Shown: positions 52,405-64,000 of the stretch, in pieces
Position numbering within the stretch: the first letter of the stretch is position 1
Layout: the number at the start of each line of letters is the position of its first letter
From: Ascidiella aspersa
Lineage: Eukaryota
Length of the DNA: 64,000 bases
Reading direction: 5' to 3'
Assembly: GCA_963924565.1 (NCBI GenBank)
Contig: OZ004610.1
Location: 14,260,001-14,324,000 of the forward strand
Position numbers and translations under genes: made by a program
Notes under the pieces: model-generated
The model's database searches: none
The model's input: the letters and a program-made list of their open reading frames with translations, nothing else
What the model was told of the DNA's origin: nothing

Positions 52405-54501
52405 TTACCGTTTGGAGAGCCACCCTTGTTTGATCCTGCCGCTCGTCTGGCATCTACAGGGTCCGATGGTAAACGGAAGTAGAAAGGGGAACAGAAAAGT
52501 GGAGGCGCAAACACTGAAGATGCAAGAGGGACTGTACCACTGGAGGGACACAGCTGTCCACTTCAGAAGTGCAAGAATGGTGAGTGTGGGTCGTGCAGCG
52601 AGTGCTGTCCACTCTTCCAACGAAATCTACGTGTGGTGTTATCATTAGACTTCAATACGACTCACATGGGAAGTGTTTTATTTTGGATCGTTTTGTGTGA
52701 ATTCAAAATTCGCAAAAGATGTCTGAGGTTCATTTTTTAAAGTACTTGAGCTGCAAATCTTGTTTCAGATGATTACCTATTATAATCATACCCATATAAC
52801 TTAATATGTATAGCACACGCCATGTTTTATCCAATTATTTTGTATTATTTTAGTAACCATTTTGAAGTTAGCAGGACAATAACATTACCAGCACAGGCAG
52901 GCATAACCATAATACATTTACCTTTAAACGTTTTAGTTCGCTTCTTAAATTGAAGAATTCTTGTAATTCCACCAGGAATCCATAGCAACTTGATAACACT
53001 CCAAAAGCAAACGACACCAGGAGCAAATTAGAAGGCCATGTCACCCAACATACAGGCTTGCCAGTTTCCAAATCGTTGGCTTGAAAATTTTCTTCCTTTA
53101 AGTTTTGTGAACTTAATCCTTGACTGGTTGATACAAAAGCTATGCTGTCCATAATTAGATTCTTTGTTCTGAGAAGAGGCATTAGTGCTAACAACGAATC
53201 TGTAGGTCCAGTATTAGCGTGAACTGTTGTCCAATGTGTAGGTGCAGCAGTTGTACTACGTTGGAGAATGGTTTCATTTTCCAAAACGATATCTGGGGTC
53301 ACAAATTCCGATGTTGTCATTTCAGTTGTGTTACTGCGCCCAAGGGCGCCTAATGGAACATTGACACCTTGCATTTGGGACATTGTGTAAACCGATATCA
53401 TCAGTGTAGCGACAACTGGTACAATAAGCACTGCAGATAAACAGAACAGTTAAAAAAACTATTGTTATGATGAATTAATATTACAGTCTACATATGCGAG
53501 TAAAAGTGAATGTTTGACGTATACTTAGTGTCAATAGACACAAATTTTCGCAACTGTTCTAAAGGCTCTTTTTTTAATAGATTTTAATGTTTTGATTTTA
53601 CCTTTACACTTAGCGTTCGATAACTGACATATCGTCTTGGCGTAAATTTAAACGCTACTCGTTGGCAACACCCAGATACCAGATAATTTCTAGCGGTTTA
53701 CGAACATAATTAATGTAGGATCGGAATCCATACTTACAGAAAGAAAATAGAACAAGAATTGAATCATGAACACGTGGAAGCTTGCGTCGTACATTTCTGT
53801 TGCATATTGACGACGTCAGCAGACTCTGTATCTCGAACACCATTATCATCTGAGTATAATTGCAAATAAAACTATAAACACCACAAATATATTGTGAAGT
53901 TTTACACCAAGATGAAAACGTTATTTAAACAAACGTATGACGTAGAATTATACTTTACTCAAATTTGTTTTAAGAACGTCACAAGAGTAACAATTGATAA
54001 ACATTTGATTCTTTAGCGCCACCCACCGTCAGTATGTTTTTGATCATTGCGACGTGTGAAGCATGACGTTGTGAACAAGTGATCACGAAGGTTGCCAAAG
54101 ATATAGTTGATGTAATAAATGAAGCGCACATAAGTATATGCGAATGACGTAACCATTTTATCATGGGTCGAACCTGAAATTTTAAATATCAAACAAACTT
54201 TTTAAATATCAAACAATTAGTGCGACTAGAAATTCATTTTTGTTTCTGTTGTATTGCACTAAAATATTAAAACATTATGCAACTTATGCATCTGTTGAGC
54301 ATTATTAGTAAACATTTTTGAACTTTAAAAAATGTGGTTTTGACAAAGTCGCATTTTGAGAAGTTTTAAGTGTTTTAATTTATTTACCTCGATATTCTGT
54401 CGTTCCTGGGACGGTTTGGACCACATGTAGCATTGCATGCAAACTGCGAACACCGAACATATGGCAGTGCAGGTAAACACTAGCGATCCCAGAAATTCCA
54501 T
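52405..54501 (-). CDS. Divergent seven-transmembrane receptor (class B/adhesion-like 7TM core), about 367 aa. Exons: 54388-54501, 54027-54173, 53738-53849, 52922-53430, 52409-52626 (then either stop at 52405 or splice to 34797)
   Basis: Seven hydrophobic segments with class B-like landmarks: TM2 SHILMCASF, TM3 C...MIMVFE, TM4 LIVP, ECL2 CW, TM6 TLTILALL. All introns are GT-AG and phase-consistent. The family assignment is by eye only. Confidence 0.72.
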
Positions 54502-57480
54502 CTTTAAAATTGAATTTTATACGAACGGTAAAACAGTTGACTGCATAAATTCACCTTGTCCGGAAACGAAAATGTACTGTTCTTAATAAAAACACAGTTC
54601 ATGGAATTAGGAAACGATGATATTCAACATTTACGTATTTGAACCTAAACTTCAGTTAAAGTATTTGCACTAAGAAAAAGGCATTTCCACTAATGCATAA
54701 TGAATATATTAACAACGTTTTCTATACGTTCAAAACTCTTGAATTTAAACGAAAACTCAGTCGTTTTAAAAAAGATGTAACCCGCAACCTATACGATCTG
54801 TTCTATGAATTTTGTGACAAAAAATAGGCGTCACGCATTACGCTTTTAGGCGTTAGTATTAATTGAAATGCATTTAGTTTGTTTTAATGCGCTCATATCG
54901 ACACCTATCTACTAAAACATATCTGTAACCTAAAAAATATTCTAATAAAACCAGTTGTTATTAGCAGATACTTGTTGTTAAATTTACTTTATCTATAATT
55001 CAATCACCTGCGCTATTCAAAATGTCACGCGTTCAATAACTTGTTATCCCGCGTGCCTGGTAATTACGCACCTTACTTACTAAATTGAAACAAGTATAGC
55101 CAACTATTTCAAGTCGTTTTGCCAAGTGAAATGGAATAAATGCGTCACAAAGTGCCAGCGACCAATTGCGCTACGAAAGCGGCAAAGGTCGCATTCTCAC
55201 GAGCTAAATCGGCCTTCTGGGATTAGTATTGGTTTTTGGTATTTAGGACTACAGTTTGACACCATTTTTTACTGGCGCCATATGACGTTGCCACATTTTT
55301 CTCCATGCTTCATGTAGTTTAAAAAATCGTAATATCGAAGCTATTAACTGACAAAATTTCACGACTGAAGTCTATGTTCTAAACTTTACTAGCTGCACGG
55401 TATCTATCTCTCTCTATATAAATATATATAGTGTTTCACTTAATGTTGTGTCAGAATGCACTTTCACATAATGCATATTTATTGTATATATAATATTTAT
55501 TTTTAAAACCAAGGCGTTTGACATCTAGCAATCCACAGAAAGAACAGACATACCCCATTGAGCAAGTAGGCTATTCAATAATTCAAAGCAGTGACGACGT
55601 GCTTTTTTAAGTCTTACGTACAGCAGGATTTCGGCGCCAAACTGACATCTCTTATATTTGCATGCTGTTTTTTTTTTAAATAGTAGCACAAGGAGAATCA
55701 GCTAGGTTAAAACTGTGCTGTTTTATATACATTAAGACTGTGAGAAAGATATGTCAATCAATGCAAATTGTCGCACTCCTCGCACTAATCTGATTCAAAA
55801 CGTTGATCGCAACCTTTGGCTTTCAATTTTAATTTTAGTACTAAAAGCCTTTAATACCATTTTAAAACATTAAGAGCTTAAACACAAGTTCCATGTTGCT
55901 CATTTCCTCGCGCGTTCAAGTGTTTAGTGAAGTTTAAAATAACTTTAAAATATAAAGCACTTTTCTATCTTTCTTCTTAAACGGCCATTTTATCGACGTT
56001 CATAAAACCTTCACCAAATGCCGTTCGAGAGATTCAAGCAGCCACTAATCCACGAGATCCGTGGCCCACAGTTGCTAAATCCAAGCGATGGGCAATTGGT
56101 GCATTTTACAATACCATATGTCGTCTCAGCATTTCCAACGTTATTTCAGTTTCGTAGCATTTTTGCCGAAATACAAACTATAACCGATTTTCAGAGGGTT
56201 GCGAAAAAAAGTAATATTAACAGTGCTTCATAGTAGTAAAACTGTCTCGCATTGCTATCAGTATTCAGAGGTTAACTACTTTTTTACTAGATCAACAAGT
56301 CGTCGTTACATTGCTCAAAGTGCATCTACTGCTCTACTTTTTATATTTTAACAAAGTTGTTTTTTAGGGAAAATAGGTATTTTTTCGCTATTAATCAGAT
56401 TTCTAACAGCAGCTGCGTTTACGAACAACACCGCCTCATATAATTGCCCATTTCTTCCTACCTGGAACTGCTCCATACACAAGGGTTAAGTTAGTTTATA
56501 GAAACAGTAAAGCTATTTAAAACGATTTTCTCTAACCTGATGTTGTTTTAGACTTTTGTCTTAAAATTAATTGTTTTTTCAAACAACCACTTTTACTCAA
56601 ACAAATACGTTTTCTAGCTATAACCATTATTGCAAAATATCAATACATTTCACTAATTAACCCGAGGCTCATGCAATATATCAGGTAGCAATTGACGATC
56701 GCAAACTCGGACATTCGGACAGCTAATTTCGTTTCTTATCCAACGCCGACGACGCATTCCCAATCTGATCACAACTCAAATGCCCGTGGCTTCTCCCACT
56801 GGGATTAATTTGAACGGCATTAGTCCATACAATCGATAACAAGGAAGCAAGGCGCTATCGGCTGCAACGCCCTCGCTTGCAGTAACAATTCGTTTAAATC
56901 TGTAGCAGCTAATCGATAAAGGCCTTGTCCATTGGTTCACGTCACCCTTCTAAATATGAAAACTGATGCACGGTGGGAGTTTTTAAAGCAGTATTTAAGC
57001 CACTCTTGCTCAATTCAATCAGATTAAATGGAACATGCTTCAAGTTTAACCCTAAAAAACAGACATAAGACGGCATTAAGTTATAATTTATTTTTTAAAT
57101 AAGTAAATTTTACAATTTTTTTCTAAACCTTTGTTGTATTTTTTGAATGTTACAACTTAACATCGAGTACAGCTGGGACTAAACTTGATTTAGCGATATT
57201 TAAAGGCCGATACAACATAAAATAGTATATAATAGTCAAAAAAGTGTCATTAATTACCGGTTTTAACTTTCAAGCATATTCATTTTTTAGTAAACTTTTA
57301 TTTATACCTTCGTAACAAATAGTGAAAAAAATTAAGTTTGGTTGTATCGCGCTAAGGGCTAAAATTTCGCGTTTCTCTTTTTAAATTGACAAAACTTTTA
57401 AATTACAAGGAGAAGTTACGCATTGGAAACAGCAAATCGTTTTGCACCTTTCAAGTTTTGCAAAATATGAAAGGTCCTAC

Positions 57481-57537
57481 CTGAAGCAATCTAGACATCA
57501 TTGAGTTGCTTGCAAACTTTAAAGAAACCTCGGTCAT
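57481..57537 (-). CDS. Possible upstream first coding exon of the 7TM gene (MTEVSLKFASNSMMSRLLQ)
   Basis: Phase-0 donor CAG|gtagg fits the phase-0 acceptor (ttttaaag|ATG) at 54501. A rival donor at ~56460 (MEQFQ) fits equally well. Confidence 0.3.
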
Positions 57538-58115
57538 CTAACTGCAAGAAACCCCCATAGCAAACATCTGCCAAGCAAGCCCTTCCCAAATATGTGTTAG
57601 CTGGGTTTATCCAAAGTAGAGCACACGGGCTAAACACGTCATAAGGAAAAACCCAAGCTGGTTGTTTGAAGGACGGTCTCCCAACTAATGGGATGTTAAG
57701 TGCGGATTTAGACAAACGTTCACGGCAACTACATCGTGAATGTTACAAGCCTCCGCTCTCACAACTATCAACTTCGTCCCTCCCGGTGTTCTCAGCGCTA
57801 AAACTTTCGAAAGGCCGATTGGCGCTTTTGCTAAACAACCCGACGTTAATCAGGCGTACCAGTACTGTTTCGAACTCCTTATAAAATATGGCTAAAATAA
57901 AAGGCTTGGCTACCGTTAGATCAACACGGAATCAAGAGTGCGATAGCACCTGAATTGGACGCAACTACTTTTCGCTCATATTAACCAACAACGCCGTACC
58001 CTAAGAGCGGAGGCGTCAACTATTCCGCATCAGACAACCCAGCAGACTCACAACAAACCATTCAAACGCCATAAGAAAGTGATCATTTTCACCTCCACTG
58101 CTTAACATCTTAATT

Positions 58116-58432
58116 CAGTGGTTCTCAACCGAGGTGCTGCGGCGCCCTAGTGTGCCATTTCTAATGCTCAAGGGTGCCGATAGGTATTTGAGAATTTTTA
58201 AGAATCTGATTTTCGCTCAATTGGTAAGCCGCTTGATAAAACTATAGTTGTGTACGATTTTAAACCATTATATCAAATGACATTTTCCTACATGTTTCAA
58301 GTTCATTGTGTCGTTCCATATCCATTTATTAGTGACATTGCAGCAAAATACTCGAAAGTTCTAGCCGGGGTACCTAAAATCTATTTATTATTTTGAGGGA
58401 TGCCGTAAGCCATACAAGGTTGAGAATCACTG
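58116..58432. mobile_element. hAT-type MITE
   Basis: TIRs CAGTGGTTCTCAACC / GGTTGAGAATCACTG. 8-bp TSD TCTTAATT / TCTTAACT. Confidence 0.85.
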
Positions 58433-58574
58433 TCTTAACTAGTGTCTTGGCGGCCAAATTCTTTTGACAGTATGCATACGCTAAAGACTTGACCATTTTT
58501 ATCGATGATGTCGTTTTACTAAAGTTTATTTATAAACATAAGGGCGTTCAACTATCAAACCTTGCAGCCAACAG

Positions 58575-58907
58575 CCAGCTGATGGGGAGCGACCTTTTCT
58601 CTAGGTGGTCGCGCCCTAATGGTATAACATTTACTCTACCATATAACAGGACCGGTGCGGTGAAGCTCAACCAAAAAGCGCCATTTGGATATCAAGCCAC
58701 CCATACTGGTTGCACTCACATTACAGCTGGATGGATTGGCAATAAATGTAATAGATATGGGGGAGCAAACTTAACCCTACCCACTGCTATTGCCTCAACC
58801 GCTCCAACAAACCTTTGGAATTCGGTGTGTCGGGCGGACTTGAACTCGCCTTTACAAAAGGAGCACAAAGGTTGAGTGCTTTAGGTCGTGCATGTACAAA
58901 TCAGGCC
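58575..58907 (-). mobile_element. Probable tRNA-derived SINE (degenerate)
   Basis: The minus strand has a B-box/T-arm GGCGAGTTCAAGTCCGCC and an upstream decayed A-box-like segment. Downstream is CCATCCAGCTGTAATGTGAGTGC, which resembles the conserved SINE body seen in marine invertebrates. Confidence 0.5.
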
Positions 58908-59707
58908 TGTTTCCTTTTGCGTTTACGAGTGTGACTTAAAGACGCAGGCCGCAAACCATAAAATCTCACGGTGCCCTAAACATCGTCCACCAATTGGTAA
59001 AAATCCGACCATCGTGGATGACGAGATTATCCGCTATCTTCTCAATCGTAGCCCATACATTTGAACAGGACACCAAGGTCGTCTATGCGAAGACAGTCGC
59101 ATAGAAAAAAAAAAGTTAAACGATCAAACTAAAATAATTTTTAAATTCTAAAAATATATCCCCAACACCAAAACAAAATAATGAAAAGCAAAATTGTCTT
59201 ATGCTCAAAATGTGAGGTGAATAACCTTATTTTAGTCAAATTCATAGCTAATCGAATCTTACTTTAATTTGTAATGTGATTTACGCCTTTTAGGAATTAT
59301 CTTCTCAGTTCAAAGACGCTGTGGCACTCAGTCGAATAACAATAGGAAATCTTTTCTGTACTTTAATGTGTATAACAACGTGAGATTAACCTGCCTCTTT
59401 CAAATTATATATACATGGGGTTGATGGCCCTTACAACTTTTTGCCAAAAACATATTTTTTTATATATTTACACGAACACTTTACCGCCGTTACCTTAAAT
59501 ATATATTTAGCCTATAGATTTCAGTTGTGCAATTTCGCACTAGACTAGCTAGAGTGATCAAGAACAGCAGGTTTCTTACTTTATCCTTTTTTCGTTAAAC
59601 TTCTACATTGTACATAATAATACCCCAATAGTTATGGCTGCCATGAGGTAAAATGGACCGAACTAATGTGCGTGTAAGCGTCGTCCTCACTTATCAACAG
59701 GCTAAAG

Positions 59708-60339
59708 CGGTCATGTTCAAATGGCGGATCGCGATCCGGTTCCGGATCTTTTCAGCGTTTTGTGCGGATCTTCTAATGTAGTCTCAGTGTTTTCATGTGA
59801 ATACCAATTGTCAGTGTTAATGAATTTTGTAAAAAAGCATAGAACAAGGCTCCCAAATGCGAATCTTTGTAAGCGTTTGAGGATATCGGGCAGCCACAGA
59901 AAGCCCCAACTCGATGCTATTGTAAGACCTAAAGTTTAAAACAGGGGTTGGCAACCTATGACCCGCGGGCCGGATGCGCCCCGCCAATGAAATTCATTCG
60001 GCCGGCCTCCTCTTTGACAAACTAGATACGAGTCCATTTCAAATACTTTTTCACTATTTTAACTACGTAAGTGCGAAAAATTTTCCCGCTTAGCGCGAAT
60101 TATCTTTCTGCGTCTGGCTCGTTTACGTTTTGATGCGGTCTTTTGAACTAGATCAGCGCCTCGTTACCGTTAATGGGAAACTTATTCAAAAACATTGGAC
60201 ATATATTTTTTAACATTTTGTATTTTCGGCAATGTAAGAAAAACTTGCAGGAAATTTATAAGAAATGCCGGTATATACCTAAAAAAGTTGTCAGGATTGG
60301 CTGTGATGGATCATGGCAAAAATCATTTGAACACCCCTG
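59708..60339 (+). mobile_element. Deleted hAT element with a transposase C-terminal remnant and a nested second hAT end at 59942
   Basis: 8-bp TSD GGCTAAAG on both sides. Termini CGGTCATGTTCAAATG / CATTTGAACACCCCTG. ORF 59721-59939 (CEYQLSVLMNFVKKHRTRL...LRIS...PQLDAIV) resembles a hAT dimerization region. CAGGGGTTGGCAACC lies at 59942. Confidence 0.8.
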
Positions 60340-63061
60340 GGCTAAAGCATGCACGGTAAGATATTGCGAAATTATGTGTCCAACCCGAATTGTTATTTTT
60401 TACTTGTTTCTTCAATAGTTTTATTATATAAGTTAATAATAATAATAATGTGTTTTTATTAAACTGTTTTTTTATTTGTGTTTTTCTGTTGAAATACAGG
60501 AATAGAAAATTTTGGGTTGGTTAGTCTTAAATTTAGGTCAAACTTCCATCCAGGTGTAGCCAACTTATATTTGATTGCGATCGACTGAACCATTTTTTAG
60601 AGACTCGCGATCGACTGGTTTACTAAAAAAGTCACAAGAACACTTATTAAACATTCATTCTAAGCGTTAATTGCATGCCAAGCCAGCGATGGAGTTGGCT
60701 ACCTCTGAATTCTGTAGTATAACGTACGAGATTTTGCCTTGACTTGTTTCCATTCGAGTGCCCACGGAAAGATGTAGCGTCGCCACAAAGCTGCGACCTC
60801 GCGAAAAACGTGACGCAATGGCTGAAATAGCGAGACCCTGAAGCTGCTAGCTGATGGCTTGATCAGCAGCCTGGGTGCCCTGTAGTATGGCACTTAGTCA
60901 GCGGTGTAGTGCGCCGGCACTTGGTTCAATGGACTGTCTTTAGAACGAGGGTTGTTTATTTAAGCTTCTGACTTTTGTTACGGTCGTTTATTTTGTTGTT
61001 TTCTGTGGGCGAGGTTTTTATTGTACAACTGACGTTGCTATGTAGCCTTTCCAAACGCTGAATCGGTAAGACTTTACAAAACACTATACTTACACATCGT
61101 AAAGCCTGGTAATAACGTTGCTTGTCTGCCGTGTAGTTTCAGTGTATTTAGAAGCAATATAATCGACCATATGTCGGAAGAGTTAGGTTACAAGTGATTT
61201 TTTTGCGTTGCCGTGAGATCATAACAGACGAAAGCTGCTATATTGTAGATAACGCTTTCATCCAAAAACGTTTAGCAGTGTAGCTCAGTTGTGCAACGTG
61301 CGTCCTACTGTACTGTTATATCGCCTTCTGTGTCAGCGGAAGTTTTAGAGCTGTACAGCACACGTTTGTAGAACAGAAGTTATGGAGCTGTGTAGTATAG
61401 TGGTTTGGCTCATATCTGTTATTATTAGATTCGGTCGAAACTGCCACTTAAGGCTGAGGCTCTGAAACGATTTCTGACCCTAGGCTTGTCAGATTCTTGG
61501 GAGAATTGCTAAATGAATGTTTTTCACGAGAATATAGTAAGTTACAGTTCTTTATAGTGGCGGGTTGCGTTTATGGACTTTTTCTAATTTAAATCAAGGC
61601 AACAATTTAGCCGTAATACAATCAATCCGTTACTGTATTTGTTACTATCACAGCGTATGTTTTTATATATGCTGTTTGTAAATGCGATTATTTCAATATA
61701 TTTTGAGCATGTGCTAAAAATTAATTAAAAAACAGTTTGCGTTCGCTTTGCTTTGGCGAATTTTGTACTCGCGAACACTAGTTAGTAAAATTAACACTTC
61801 AAACTATCACTCAACACAGCAATATGAATTAGGCCAAGCATGACCGGAACTGAAAGACACTGTTAAATCACTTAAAAGTGCCGAGTCATAGTTATTACGT
61901 TTTCACGCTCGTATGAATGCCAATCATGGTAAACTCAAATTTAACTGGTTGACATACCGCACCGGTAACCATTCGTGCGAATATTCCTCGCTTTAAGTTA
62001 CGGGTCCATTCTCCTCATTTTACAATGTTCTATGTTGTAATTCATTTGCGATTCACTAGCCAAGTCCCCTACCTGTTCTCTTTGTTTGATTCTTCTTCTC
62101 TGCCCACTCAATTCGTATTTGCGGGTTAGCAGTTGTAATATGAGCCGCCTTTTGTTGTTCACTAGAATAAAAGGCTTTTAGTGGGCGCGTATGAAAATGG
62201 AAGCCGCTTGATCAGTTTTGTAAGCTGCGGCCTTTCACAAAGATATGAAGTATTTAATATTTGATATGAAGTATATGAACGAGTGGAATATCGGACAGAA
62301 GACGAACGGCTGAAACATATATTTTAAAGCAAGAGAGAAACGCCTACCGAATAGGTATTTCCTATCTCAGTTTTAGATTTACCATAAGCAATGTTCAGCT
62401 TGGCACTAAAGTTTTACTAAACCTTAATTTGGTTTTACTAAATATAATAGAGCATTTTGTTTAAATACCAGCAATTCAAACATAATGGTATAATTGTGTT
62501 AAAAATACGTTCCCAATATCCCGGTCCCTGTATGTTTAGGCCTAAATGTTTTATTTTATTAAGTGTATCTGGTTGGGCTACAAACTACAAAAACAAAACG
62601 AAATACATCAGCACTGGGACTAATGCTAACTTCCCCTTTCAAAAGTATTGTGCAACTGAAACACAAAACGACAACTGGAATGTCGTCTTTCGATTTAACA
62701 CTTGAAAGCCTGAAAGTGTTTTGTTTTGCTTTGGAAGACCTCTCGTCGGGGCTTGGCCAGTTAGCGCTGGCGGTTGCCCGACAGTCGGTTGTTTCCAGTT
62801 ATTAACGTAATTGTACGGAAGTTTAATTTTAAACCGTCGCTGTATATAGTACTTAAGTGCTTAGTTCGGTTTAGAAACAGATGTTCGTCTGCTTGAACTG
62901 TGTGTGTTCATGCCAGTAATACTAAAACCGTCACGATAGAAATATTATTTACGTCACACATCATATTTTATTATTAAATTTGACTAATGCTGTCACGACT
63001 TTCATACCAAATTAACGTTTTCGTGAATGTGCACTACGCGACTTTTCGTCATTTCAGTAGA

Positions 63062-63168
63062 ATGGCCAGCTCGACTGCAGAGGTAACAACTGTAGAAGTG
63101 ACCACTCTCAATAGCACCACCGATGATGTGGCGGACCCAAACAACAATGCTCTCCAAATCGTCACTGC
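63062..63168 (+). CDS. First coding exon of a gene continuing beyond the window: Thr-rich N-terminus (MASSTAEVTTVEVTTLNSTTDDVADPNNNALQIVT), probably a membrane protein or receptor
   Basis: Acceptor tttcagtag|A immediately before the ATG, and consensus donor GC|gtaagt. NST glycosylation sequon, with a hydrophobic stretch starting at the exon end. A possible 5'UTR donor G|gtaaga lies near 61066. Confidence 0.55.
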
Positions 63169-63760
63169 GTAAGTAACAGTTCGAATTTGCATGGTGTTAA
63201 TAATAATTGCATTCTGGAAGTGTTGCCAAGAAACAAGTGAATAATTGATGATTTATGTTGCTAAGTACTATGTGCAATTAAACCTCATCAACGCTCTCCG
63301 CTGAAAGTTTACCAAGAAGCTATGAATTTCCCAAAAGCAAAGTAACAGCATTACAAACATTTACGTAATTTATTACCGTAGAACAAAACGGGTTTTAAGT
63401 TTCGAAAAGTGGCGATGTAAAAGCCCTAAATTGAATATTTTGCTCTGATAGTTGTAAAGTTATGTTTTGTTTTTGTTGTCAAGTTTAAATATCATTTTGT
63501 AAAGAGCAGCAAATTTAATACATGTTAAAAAACAATTAAAGATAACCCATTTAATTTCAGGTATGCAGATCGAAATGTTTTTTTCCAAAACAGAAGGTTG
63601 GGAAAAAATGACTTATAAACTGTCAACAAATTCACACTTTGTTTGTTTTAAAATTAAAAAAATAAGGTAATTTTCGGTACTTGAAAAGTAATTGCTCGAT
63701 ACAACTACTCGATAAATTAATATTTATCAAAATTAGCTTTTTTCCAACGTTACGGCAAAG

Positions 63761-63925
63761 CAGGGTTGCGGAGTCGGTTAAAAAAAACCCGAGTCCGACT
63801 CCCGAATCCGACTCCGGCCAAAAAAAATACACCCGAGTCCGACTCCGGCCAAATGTAAGATTTTGTCGAGTACCGAGTCTAGCTCGGACTCTACAGCCTG
63901 TATTTTACTCATTTACGCAACTAAA
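63761..63925. mobile_element. MITE (GAGTCCGACTCC-repeat family), 5' part
   Basis: Starts CAGGGTTGCGGAGTCGG, the inverse of the 17814 end, and has internal CCGAGTCCGACTCC repeats. Confidence 0.8.
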
Positions 63926-64000
63926 TTAAGGTGGATTTTATGCAATCCACTCATATTGGTGCCATAAATGATCCACCCGCATTACATGGTTTAAAAATAT

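Noticed and set aside
60871-60897. Small hairpin containing TATGGCAC (miR-183-like seed)
   Set aside because: The stem is only ~9 bp, too short for a pre-miRNA, and the rest does not match a known mature miRNA.

Overview
Eukaryotic (animal) genomic DNA: AT-rich, with GT-AG introns and alternating CpG-rich blocks. The compact gene structure and gene content suggest an invertebrate chordate such as an ascidian, but that is inference. Splicing exons by hand gives: (1) a 7-exon Prrx paired-like homeobox gene (minus, 5969-11720); (2) a 7-exon Rab12-like GTPase (minus, 18006-21864); (3) a 2-exon sepiapterin reductase-like SDR (plus, 27502-28614); (4) a divergent class B/adhesion-like 7TM receptor module (minus, 52405-54501) and a Tyr-motif-rich disordered module (minus, 30180-34797), which can be joined in frame across a 17.6-kb intron packed with CpG-rich non-coding blocks; (5) the first coding exon of a probable membrane protein (plus, 63062-63168). 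The window also holds several hAT/Buster-type elements and MITEs with 8-bp TSDs, a probable tRNA-derived SINE, tandem repeats and a long hairpin. Most short ORFs in the supplied track are spurious. The most unusual element is the modular 7TM + phospho-Tyr-tail locus, which has signals for three possible products: receptor only, receptor plus tail, and tail only.
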